This document shows, one piece after another, positions 45,178 to 57,499 of a DNA stretch of 64,000 nucleotides. The stretch's first letter is position 1. Every line of letters begins with the position of its first letter. The DNA is from the human T2T-CHM13v2.0 reference genome, Homo sapiens, in the NCBI RefSeq assembly GCF_009914755.1, contig NC_060934.1. One strand, given 5' to 3'. A program made the translations under genes and the position numbers. The notes under the pieces were generated by a model. It was not told where the DNA came from, searched no databases, and saw only the letters and a list, made by a program, of their open reading frames with translations.

Positions 45178-45386
45178 CAGTGGTTTTCAACTGGGGGCAG
45201 TTTTGTCCCTCAGGGGAACTTTGTCATGGTAGACATTTGTGGTTGTTACAACTGAGGGGGTGCTGCCGGCATCCAGTGGGTGGAGGCCAGGGATGCCAGT
45301 GAACATCCCACAACACATGGGCTAGCCCCACAACAAAGAGGAATTCTCTCTCCTGCAATGTCGGTACTGTCGTGGTTGAGACAGTT
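45178..45386. mobile_element. MER20 (hAT-Charlie)
   Basis: CAGTGGTTTTCAACTGGGGGCAGTTTTG...GGCATCCAGTGGGTGGAGGCCAGGGATGC...GGTTGAGA. Confidence 0.9.
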
Positions 45387-45439
45387 CATTGGTCTCTGTA
45401 GAACTTGTTTAAAGCCCAGCTTGTCCCTGGCCCCACCCC

Positions 45440-46200
45440 GGATTTCCCTGCCTACCCTCGGTTCATCCATGGCATCCCATCCTCTTGGGCAGGATTCTCT
45501 TGGTGCCATCTTGGACCCCTTCTTCTGTTGTGTCTTTCCCATCACCCTATGGCAAAAGAGTTTTCCATTTCTGTGGTTTTCCAAGCATCCCACACCTCCC
45601 CTTGCAGCCACATACTTAGGGCTGGTGAAGTAGCCGTTCAGTCATCTCACTGGCTCCAGATTGTTCTCCAGGCATCCAGGGGGCATTTATGCTCATGCCC
45701 AGCGCTGGTGGCTGCCTCGATGCTATTGTAGATGTCCAAGTCCTGAGCCCTCGGACTGCTTTCAAAGCCCCAGCTGCCCTACCCTGTCCTCCCATCTCTC
45801 ATTCCTATAATCCGCTCTATCCGAAAGAGTCGACTTGCCATTTGTACAACTCCATACTTCACATTTTTCTTTTCTCTGCCTTTGCACACTGTTTATTCAA
45901 CGTACATAGTACAAATACCTTCTTAATCTACCCCCTTTAAACTCCTAACCATTGTTCAAAACTCCTCCTCCTATGAAACTTTTCTTAGTCCTTGGATTTG
46001 GATGTTGTCATCTTCAGGGCATCTTCTCTGGGTTTCTTTGAGATCAACACAATATAGTCAGGGCTGTGGGCCCTGAGCCCATCTGAATAGGATCCCAGTC
46101 TTCACTCTGCCACTTACGGGCCATGTGTCCATCACCAGGTTACTTGAGATCCCCAAACCTCAGTTTCCCTGTGTCTAAAGTGGGGGTTCCAGTGCTATGT
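45440..46200. mobile_element. Degenerate L2 fragment followed by MIR
   Basis: GCCTTTGCACACTG...TCCTCCTCCTATGAAACTTTTC; MIR core CCTCAGTTTCCCTGTGTCTAAAGTGGGG. Confidence 0.5.
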
Positions 46201-47444
46201 TATGATGCTTTGCCAGGCTACAGTGGAGAGCTAGGTGAAAATGTTCCTGCGACGACCAGTTCCTGTGAGGACCGGGTGAAACAGGACTGATCTAGTGTTG
46301 AAAGGTCTCTGTGAGCCGTCAGGCAGGTGACGTTGGAGCCAGCCTCTCCAGGGTGGTGTGCGTGGTGCTGCAGTCTCTGCATTTATCCCATGTCCTTGGG
46401 TTTGGCTTCCAGACGGATGTGAATCTCCCCTCTGGAGCATGTAGATGGAGGACAAGGCCTCTGGGGCAGGGGTGGCCTGGAGACATCGCAGTGGTCTTGT
46501 CTGGTGGCACACAGACATTTCCCAGTTTGGTGCGGGCCGCCCTGTGCACAGCTGTCCTACAGCATCAGAGCAGGCTGTGGAGGCAGGGCCAGGCTCACTG
46601 GGAGCAATGGCCCTGCTGGAGGAGATCTGGCTTTCAGTCCCTGTTCACAGAGGGTCCTGCTGAATTGGGGACAGGGGTGCCCCAGGAGTGAGCTCTGCAG
46701 TATGTAGGAAGTCCTAGTTCCGGTGCTGGGGGAGGAACGTCCTGAGAGTGGGCCGGAGGAGATGGGGATTTATGAGCTGAGCTGTGGGAAGCAGGCTTGC
46801 AGAGCCTCTGGTGAGTGGGCCAAAATGACAAATGGATTCTGTGCAACTTTTTATTGTCCAGCCTCACACTGTATTTCTTCGCGCACTGCTGTGTTTGCCA
46901 GGGTTTTGATTGTATTAGTTACTTGTGAGATGGAGAAACCTTTCCGTCTCCCAAAATAAATATGGATCTGCTTTCAAAATGTTTTAGCTGTTAAACTTCA
47001 GCAGCTAGCAAACAAGCCGAAAGCTTTTGTTCTCATTCCACCACAGGTTTGTAGAGTTTGAATCCCAGATAAAACATGTACCAAGCCACTGGATTCTGGG
47101 TGGGATACTAAGTCCTTTGCAGGGAGGTGACGCCCTTTGTTCTGTGACATTTTTGTTTTTGAGGAGTCTCCCATTTCCTTCTCTCACCAAGTTAGTTTTC
47201 TGTCTTGGGTGGGGCTCCCTAATTCTTAGGGACCTCTGGTACAGCCCAGTAGCAGTTCTCAGCCTGTAGGTCCTAGCCCGTAGGTAGACAGATGCTGTGG
47301 GGCAGGGCCAGCCCTTTTGTGGAGTAAAAAGCCCTTTTGCGGGTGGTTCTGATGGCCACACCACTCCAGCCCGCCTGGAAGCCGCCATAGAGATAGCTTT
47401 CACATACCTGGTGATACGTGGCAGGTCCTAGAAGGTATGGGTGA

Positions 47445-48008
<564 letters not shown>

Positions 48009-49850
48009 TAGCTCAGATCAGATTGCTTACTTGGTTGAAAAAAAGGCAAAGGTAATATTTTCTGTCATGAACAAGGTTTGTGGATATTGCTAATTACTTA
48101 TTTGAAAGAAATAATAAAATGAAATTCAGTAAAATCAAATAACTTGGCAGTTATTTGAAGGAAGCGGCTCTTTTCTGCTGGGCTGCGACTTTGAGGAGCA
48201 GTTGCGTCATTTCCGGGTGAAGCCAAGAGCCCTTGCCATCACCTGGCTCCACCAGGGTTCTCTGTGTGTTTTCCTTTTGGGTTGAAATTTTCCCTTTTAG
48301 CTGCATGAGATGTTTATTATTGCTACTCAGAAGTGCCTGGAATCTATATTGCTTTAAGGTGTGGGATGAAGTTTCCTTTCATGATGGGTTAATTTTTATT
48401 GCGTTCGCATAGAGCGTTGCCGCCGTTCACAGGATGCCCATGATAGTCCCGCCCCTCGAGACGACATGCAGGATTGCACCTTCCACGCCCAGCACACACC
48501 AGGCCCTGCACACGGTTCCTGTGTGCATTAGTGTGGTTGGGCTCCTTCTCTGTGTGTGTGCCTGGCACATTCGGATTTCCTTGTGTCCTTGTGCGATTTC
48601 TATAGAAAAAGGTGTGTTTTATCAAGTGGAAAATAGCTTACAGTAATGGTAGTTAATTATTTTGGAGTTCCAAGTTGTTTAGAATTGATCGAATTCCTAA
48701 ATCTTGAGTTAAAATTCTACTCTAGGATGACTAAGAAAGACATGCTGTGTTTACGTGTATTTTCCAGTTTAACCAGAGGTGACTTTAGACAAGTAATTCT
48801 GTTCTGCCAATTTATTTCTCTAAGTATTGTCAATTTAGCTTTTTCATGGGATTCTGGGATACAGAGTTGCTTGGTCCATTGAAATCTATATATGTAATTT
48901 TGTTTTTAATCAAACCTAACTTCTGGGTTTTAGAAAGCATCTCCTGTCCACAGCTTTTGAGAAAGGTCCCATAAATTGGATGACACCAAATGGCTCCAGC
49001 ACCAGAATGAAAAGGAAGAGCAGCAGAGACTTGGGGCACCCACCTGGGGGCTGTTTCCTAGTGCTGGGCAGAATCCTGGGGTCAGGGTTGGAGGGCCTTA
49101 AGGCCAGATTGGAGGTGGGAGCATGGCAAGGTTGCCGTGCCAGGATGCACAGTGTCCATCTGGGGTCCTGGAGCGGCCTGGGTTCTTCCCGCAGGGTGCT
49201 GTCCTCTGCCTGACAAGTCCTGTTCCCTGTCTCCTCGGGAGAACACCAGTACCAGGACGCCAGGAGTTGCCAGGTGGGGGCATCTAAGGAAAGGAAATGT
49301 TCATGGGATGCGCCACAGAGATGATCCCTCGGAGAATATTTTCCGGTCTTTCATAGAGGCTAAAATATAACATAGTTGTTAGAAATATGTGGTTTTGTAG
49401 GAAGTTACATACCTTGGGGAAAACGCTGGAATTGACACCTGAGAATGGGTGAAATGTTGGAAGATGTTGAACAGGTGAGAGGACTGAATCGGTGCAGAGC
49501 CACACCTGGTGGTGGGAGCACGTTGAGGGCCTGCGGGTGCCCTTGAGGAAGGGTTTTGGTGGATGACAAATATGATAGGAACCACGTGTCTTGGGGAAAA
49601 CACTGGAATTGATGAGTGAGAATGGATACATTATTGGCTCTATTGGAAATTATCGCTGACAGATCTGAAGCTCTGTCATGCATTGGGGGCTTGCTGGTTA
49701 TTTCAGTTTAGTAATTTCATTGATCTGTAACAGATATGTGTCAAAGAGTTTTAGGAAGTTGATAGAAGTGTACATATTGATGAAAATAAAAATTCGTAAG
49801 AAATAGATGATGGGTTCAGGTACAGAATAAGGGCAGGAAAATAAATGAAA

Positions 49851-50633
49851 CCAGTATACCAGATGCAGGCATGTGCTTCCCATGATGGGAACCCCAGATA
49901 CCAGACGCAGCCAGATGCAGCCATGTGCTTCCTGTGATGGGAACCCGGTATACTAGACGCAGGCACGTGCTTCATGCAGTAGGAACCCCATATATCGGAT
50001 GCAGCCACGTGCTTCCTGTGATGGGAACCCCGTATACCAGACACAGGCACATTCTTCCTGTGATGGGAACCTGGTATACCAGATGCAGCCACGTGCTTTC
50101 CGTGATGAGAACCCTGTATACCGTCCGCAGCCAGACACAGACACGTGCTTCCTGTAATGGGAACCCGTATACCAGATGCAGCCTGGTGCTTCCCATGATG
50201 GGAACCCCATATACCAGACTCAGCCACGTGCTTCATGTGATGGGAACCCGGTATACTAGATGCAGGCACGTGCTTCATGTGATGGGAACCCGGTATATTA
50301 GATGCAGGCATGTGCTTCATGCAGTAGGAACCCTGTATATCAGATGCAGCCACGTGCTTCCTGTGATGGGAACCCCGTATACCAGACACAGGCACATTCT
50401 TCCTGTGATGGGAACCTGGTATACCAGATGCAGCCACGTGCTTTCTGTGATGAGAACCCCGTATACCATCTGCAGCCAGACACAGACATGTGCTTCCTGT
50501 AATGGGAACCCGTATACCAGATGCAGCCTGGTGCTTCCCATGATGAGAACCCCATATACCAGACGCAGCCACATGCTTCATGTGATGGGAACCCCGTATA
50601 CCAGACGCAGCCACGTGCTTCTTGTAATGGGAA
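49851..50633. repeat. 42-bp minisatellite (about 18 copies) with a 345-bp higher-order repeat
   Basis: Consensus GTATACCAGATGCAGCCACGTGCTTCCTGTGATGGGAACCCC; variant monomers recur at +345 (50041/50386, 50090/50435). Confidence 0.95.
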
Positions 50634-51879
50634 ACATCTTTGAATATGCCAGGAATTAAGCAGTGAGCTTCTTGATGGTCAGAACACTGATGGCACCCAA
50701 AGTAGTTGCGTTAAGCCAGCACCAAGGTTCTGGGTTGTGTGTTTTGTTTAACACAGCCATATTCACCTGGCCATCAGTTTTTTAGTGAGGAGACCTTCCC
50801 AGGGCTATTGGGGATCAGATGAGGGGCCTAGCATATACTAAGGGCAGAGCTCTGAATAGGTTAACAAGAGCCCTAGATCCCATTAGAGCTGGGACTAGTT
50901 TTATCTGTGCAGGCCTAGAGCCCCCCTATGCAAAGTGGCGTCTGGGCTGGCAGCATCACCTGGGCCTACCCACTCCTGCTGTATCGGAATCCGCATTGCA
51001 CAAGCTCCCAGCACTGGCCGCTGTGGAGGGAATGGCGCTGTCTCGTGGTACCTTCTCCCCAAGGCTGGCTGCTGCTCTTCCTTAGGTCTGAGTCTGGCTG
51101 TCCTCTTTCCAGGTCGAGGATTTAAAGCCGCCTAGCTCAGGGCTCAGTCCTGGGTGTGTGGCTGGCCAAGAAAGGGCAGTGAATTCAATTTGCTAAGTGT
51201 CTGCTCTGCAGATGCAGGATGCTGGAGATGGGGGGCGCAGAAAGAAACAGGCCCTGATTCTGCCCTCGCACGTGGTGGGGTAGAGGCGGCGAGGTGTTGG
51301 CAGCCATCCCTGCTTTAATTGACCTGAGTTGTCATTCCCTCAGCGATCAGTTTCACCTGTTTGCGGACTGCCTGTAGTACTGCTTGCTTCTTGTTTTCTT
51401 TATATCAACTTATTTTTAAACACCCGCTTTAACTTCTTCCTAAGGAATTGCAGTGAGAACAAGTGTTTGCTATGCTCATTTTGTTTATTCTGTTACACGT
51501 TAATTTAAATCTATAGTTAATAAACTAGTGTCTCAACTAATCTCACCACCTGAGGCGTGTTCAACACCCTAGAGTCAGACCACAGCCTCCCTGTGACTTC
51601 CCCACACCAGGTCTCTGGAAGGGTCGTTCTCATGCCTTTGAGCTTCGGGTCTTTCATCATCAGAGGAATGGACCGTGTCTCATTTGCAGGGCTCTTGTAA
51701 GGATTAGAGAAGAGGAAAGTGAGTGCCTGGCATGAAGGAAGTACCATCAATGTCACTAAACAACTCTTACTATTAAGTGTTTCTGAGTTGAGTTGTGGCT
51801 TAGCGATGCGTGAAGCAGTTGTTGAATTGTAGTCTGTGCCGTTCAGTGCCTTGAATATAAGTATATTTGATAACGTTTA

Positions 51880-52540
51880 TGATAAGTGTTGGTGAGGATG
51901 TGGAGAAATTGGAACCCTGTGTGTTGCTGGTGGGAATGTGAAATGGAGCAGCTGCTGTGGGACACTTCTGGAGGTTCCTGAAAACATGAAGCATAGAATT
52001 CCCATGTGGCCCAGCAATTCTGCCCCTAAGGACATACCCCCCAAAATTGAAAGCAGGGTCTTGAGTAGATATTTGTACACTGGTGTTCATAGCAGCATCA
52101 TTCACAGTGGCCAAAAGGAGAACACACACAAACGTCTATCTGTGAGTGAACAGATACATTAAATGTGGCCTATCCATGCAATGGAACATTATTCAGCCTT
52201 AGAAAGGGTGGGAATTCTGGCACATGCTGCAACATGGACAAACTTTAAAGACATTACGCTGAGTGATATAAGCCAGTCACAAAAGGACAAGTACTATATG
52301 GGTCCACAGACATGAGGCACCCAGAACAGGCAGATTCAGAGATCAAGTAGAATAGTGGGTGCTGGGGGGTGGGGAGAGCTATTGTTAAATGGGGACATAG
52401 CTTTTGCTGAGGTTAATGAGAAAATTTTGGCTATAGATAGAGGTGATGGATACACAACTTTGTGAATGTATTTAATGCCACTGAATTACACACTTACAAA
52501 ATAGTTAACATAAATATTGCATTTTGCCACAATAAAAATA
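51880..52540 (+). mobile_element. L1MB-like 3' end, sense
   Basis: GTGTTGGTGAGGATGTGGAGAAATTGGAACCC...AAGCCAGTCACAAAAGGACA...TTTTGCCACAATAAAAA. Confidence 0.92.
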
Positions 52541-53699
52541 TATTTCCTAACATTTAAACAAAAGGAGTGTCTGGGACGTTACCTCTGACACACCTGGTTA
52601 TTTGGCACCACCGGCGACCCCTGGCTGCTGGCAGGTGTCTGGAGCAGCAGCTCAGAGCAGGAGGCCCAGAATCCACAGTGCCAGGTCTAGGAGTGCAGGG
52701 GTGTGGCAGGAAACGTGACCCCGCGGCTCCTCTTCAGAGCCTCGGGGACCACCAAGGCAGTTCTTGACACTTTATCCTGGCCTTGGTGTTCAGCATCGGA
52801 AAACAAGGAGAACTAGAATGTCTTGACTTTCTAAAGGTTGTTGTAAAACAAGGGAAGGCCATGATGCAGTGAGTTTTATCACACTCTTGCTGTGACCTTC
52901 ATGAGGATGTTGGAGCGTCTTTTCTTCATTGCGGACAGAGGCTTCCAAACTCCACGGCTGAGCCCCAGTTACAGTCAGTGTGCAGTAAGTCCTGTGGGTA
53001 GTCGTAGAAGTGGAGAAAATGGCAGTATCTTTTCTCTAAAAAACGTTTACAAACAGATACTTAATGTGAGTTTGCTTGCTAATAGGTTAGGTTCTTAGAG
53101 TTTAAAGAAGTAGTTAATTATCAAAGCTTTTTCATTCTTGACAACCAGCATTTTTCCTCTAATTCAGGCTACCTTTGAAATGAACACTGCAGATCTCTGA
53201 GATTTTCATCTGTGAATGTTGTTTGAAGAATTCATTCTGCTGCAATTTAGATAAAATGTACCTGCTGAATTTTGTAATAACATTCACAAAGTTTTATATT
53301 TTTGTTCGTGTTTGAAATATACAATAGAGGTTTTCCTCGTGATAGTGAGAATATATCAATATGAGAGAGATACAATTATATCAATCAATTATTTGAACAA
53401 AGATTGGGTATTGTTTACATATAATTTTGTAATAATTCCTATTTCCAAGGAAGAACAATGCACAATACTTTGTCATTGTGTCATTTATTTTTATTGTAGT
53501 CTTTTGTTTTTATTGAAACATAGATTCCATGTATAAATGTGGATTTTATGTATATCTTTCCCCGTGTATATTAGAAGTATTTCAAATCAAATAATTTGGC
53601 CAAATGATTTTTCTATATTAAACATTATATTTTCATTTAAACCACTATAATTTCTCCTAGTTCAGTCTGATTCCTTCTTGCTTTTTTGCATACAGTGAG

Positions 53700-54024
53700 T
53701 ACTATGGTCCAAATGTTTGTTCTCCCACAAAATTCATGTTGAAACCTCGCCCGTAAGTTGTTGGTATTAAGAGTTGGGGCCTTTGGGGGGAGATTAGGTT
53801 AGTGCCCTTATGAAAGAGACTCCAAAGAGGTAGAGCCCTCGACGATTGAGGATGCAGCAGGAAGGCGCCATCTGCGAGGAAGTGGGGCCTCACCAGGCAC
53901 TGAATCTGCCGGCGCCTTGGTCTTAGACTTCCTGGCCTCCACAACTGTGAGAAAGAAATGTCTGTTGTTTATGAGCCACGCAGTCTATAGGATTTTGTTA
54001 TGGCAGCTCAGATGGCCTAACACA
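53700..54024 (+). mobile_element. MaLR solo LTR (MLT1A/MSTD-like), sense
   Basis: TACTATGG...AAAATTCATGTTGAAAC...CTAACACA with perfect 5-bp TSD GTGAG (53695-53699 / 54025-54029). Confidence 0.92.
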
Positions 54025-54574
54025 GTGAGCATGCCCCACCCGGAGATGGCCTTGCCCCTCTTGCTGTCAGCATCAGGACTGACAGAAGCTGGGCCCATGC
54101 AGATTTTCCGGAAGCTGTGTCAGGTATTGGGGGTCATTGGACTCTAACCAGTACCCAGCAGACAGATGGGACCTGAGAGAAAGGGTTGGGGTCTGCCCCT
54201 TCTCCGCTCCTCAGCTTCCTGCAGTGGCTGGGGGCAGGAAGGAGGGCACAGTTCAGGGGATTGAGAGACGTGTGCTGACTGTCCAGCAGCAGCAGATCCA
54301 CCTGCAGGCACAGTGCAGCCTGGTGTCTCGTCTGAGAGGACACGTGTGCAGGACAGGCGGGACCCACAGCTGCTGCTTCCCCACTCGCCAAGGCCCCGTC
54401 AGGAGCAGCAGCTGCGGCCCTGGGAGCCCACAGTCCAGCCAGGAGGTGGTGAGCACAGGGCGGAGTGTGGGGTTGGGGACTCCACTTGTGGTGTTCCCAG
54501 ATTTGGGGGATTTCCGCAAGGCCCCGTTGAAGGGCAGTGCTCCTTAGATACAGTGCAGAGTCCTTGGGGTGAGG

Positions 54575-54628
54575 GTCCTGTCTCATTACTTGATAGCACG
54601 TGTCCTGTCTCATTACTTGATAGCACAT
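54575..54628. repeat. 27-bp tandem duplication
   Basis: GTCCTGTCTCATTACTTGATAGCAC(G/A)T x2, one mismatch. Confidence 0.95.
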
Positions 54629-57443
54629 GTTTCAGCTGGCTCTTTAATGGGAAAGTTGGTGCTTTAGTGGAAGCTCCAGTCCCCTAGATACAGAGTGTAT
54701 TGCGGATATTTATCCCTTCCTGGCTGAGCGCGGGGCAGTTTCTGCCTGCAGATTTGGGCTCTGGCTCTGGGTTATGGACCTTTGAATGTGGCCATGCCAG
54801 AGTTTGTGACCTTGACGTCTTGAGGCATCCTGTAAGTGGTATGACCTCAAGGGAAGAAAGCTAGCGTGGCCTGCATACAGGTGGGCCTGTGGACTGTAAA
54901 AGCAGGTTTACTTAGCGGGAGTAGTTACCCATGTTGATGACAGCCTCTAACAGAGGTGCAGTCTTCAAATTCACATTTAAATGTCTCTGCCTGCTACTGA
55001 GAAATCCACAGCAAGGGAAAAGAGCAAAACAGTCTTTCTGTGAAGGGTCTGTTTTATTTTTTATTTTATTTTATTTTAATTAATGAGACGGTGATCATCC
55101 AGGGAACAGGATCTAAACGCAGTCTTTGAACTTGAACTCTGTATGTGGTGTCTACAGGTTTGGGTGTGAGCAGCCTCACTCTGTGCTGGTTCCCAGCTTA
55201 AACGTCCAAGGAAGAGCTCATGACAGTTTTTATATTAGTTCTTTAAATATTTTATTGTAAGTTCGTCTCTTCCCAGCCCCTCTTGCTATTTTTATTGCTC
55301 CATTTGAAGTTCCAGCCAATAGCCCAGGCCCTTTCTGTCTTTGATGTCTGTATGGTGGGCAAGATCTCATCACGACCCACATCAGCTTTGCTGTTAGAAA
55401 CGTGTTGCCACAGAGGAGCACATTCATAATTGAAATCACCAAATAGGGAATTCTTTCTAGAGGCAGTGGCTGCCTCAGTGAAACGTGCATGGCTGAGCAG
55501 AGCAAGGAAGAGTTAGTGGGGCCGGGGGCGTGCTGATATCACAGTGGCGTGGGGTGGGGTGAAGGGATACAGGTGTGTCCCTCCTCTTACCCGGCATGGT
55601 GTTTCCAGAAAGCAGATGGGAGAGCTGTGTGATGAACAGGTGAGACACTGGCTGGACCCAGGTGAGCTGCTATAGAAGCAGAATCAAAACCGTGTAGCAC
55701 GTTGCCTTCCCTTTCCCAATACTGTAAAGAATTCCTCTTCAATGGAAATCTACTTCAAACTTTTATCAGATTAATTTTAATAAAAAGCTGAATCAATACG
55801 AAGCAGCTTGGGAAAACAGCTTTCCCCCACCCCAGCCCCCACCACCAATAACATTTTACAGATTCAGGCCCAGTATTTCTTGTTTCTAATGAGATGGAAG
55901 GAGCGGTATTCTTGGCACCTGCTCATCTCCTTCCCTTTGGAAACTCAGCCAGGTTTTTGTCGTTAGCTTATGGGTCGCTAATGTTATGTGCACTCATAGC
56001 AGAAATGGAAATCCGCCATCGGTGAAAGTGGAGACCTTTGAGAATTTATGCAGCATCAAAATGTAAATACCAACTCTTATAGAATATTGGGGTTAGCAAT
56101 GTCGACAGTTCTACCCCGAGTGCGGTTGGTGGTGGGGCTCCAATGGAAACAAACTGGTGTCCAGCAGTCAGCTGTCTGCGCATCCGTCCCTCCCACTCCA
56201 GCTTCTCCAGGTAAGACTGGCCATGTGAGCACAGAGGGTAGAAGAAGGCCTTAGGGACACCTTAGGATGGGAGGCGAGGTCATAGCTGGAGCTCCGCTTG
56301 GGGGTTTCTGGTGCTCCGCCCATGGCTCCTGGACAGCGAGGGGCAGTCTTCTGAATGGACCTCAGAGGTCCTGTGGTCCTCTTTGGCCAGAGGGCACGGG
56401 CCCCCTTAGCTCATTTCTAGTAATGGGATGGGTGGGTGTTAGGAGGAAACACGCAGCCCAGCACAGGCTCCCCAGAGCACATCGTGAATCTTTCTGTCGC
56501 CTCCCTGCCCCACCTCACCTCTGTTCTGTGGCCTCCCTGCACTGTGCCCCTCCTGTGTCCTCAGTTGCCACATGACTGACACGTGCTTGGGGCTCATTTG
56601 ATGGCTCTGGCAACTTTCTCTACCTCGGTTTACCTTTTGGCTGCCCAGTGCTGGATCGCCAGTCTGCTTTACTGTTCACGGGAGGAAGGGTGTCACGGCC
56701 TCACACATGGGCATGGCACCTGCGCTGGGGCTCACCTGTCTCATGAGGCCGTATGTCGCACAAGGCTTCCTGAGGGTGGGGTGGCCATGAGCGAGAGCGC
56801 TCGCCTCTGTCCTTTTCCTGTTGCAGAGGAGGAAAAAGTCTGGGGCCCTGTTTGCTCAGGGTGGGCTGAGGCCCAGACCAGCTTCCTGTCTCCACACCCT
56901 CACTGTGACCCCACGGGAAAGCATATTCCCAAATGTAACTGCGACGCCGCAGCCCGGGACTGCTGATTGAATGAATGAGTATTCTCCTTTGGGTTTCCCA
57001 CAGAAGTTTTCCCCCAGTTCCCTACCATGATGGGTTGTGGCTTTGTCACCCGCAGTGAGCATATGCGAATGCTTTAGCAGATGTTGTGTGGCTCGGGCCT
57101 GCCTGCCTTATTTGGAGATATTTCGCACCTCTGTGGGCTCCCAGTGGCAGGCATCTCTGGGGAGGGAGTGCTGTCTCCATCGTCCTTTGGGAGGGTGTGG
57201 GATGGCTGCACCGGGCACCACTCTCACATGGTCTCCACATCAGAAAGCCTATCTCACCGTGTCCAGCATTGGTGTCCTGGCCAGATGCTCTGTTTATAAT
57301 GATAGAAAAAAAATTTTTCATCTCTGAAATTTGCCACCTTCTTTCAGCAGCATTTCACTTGGTTTACTTCCTTAATTCACGAAATATGTGAAAAAACTTT
57401 ATAAATCTTAAAGATGAGAAAATTCTAAATGATGTGTGTACAG

Positions 57444-57448
57444 ACACA

Positions 57449-57498
<50 letters not shown>
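57444..57498. repeat. (CA)n microsatellite, about 27 units
   Basis: Directly visible, one TA interruption. Confidence 0.95.

Positions 57499-57499
<1 letters not shown>

Noticed and set aside
49751-50659. 287-aa and 244-aa repetitive ORFs
   Set aside because: By-product of 42-bp and 345-bp periods that are multiples of three; no domain, splice or promoter support
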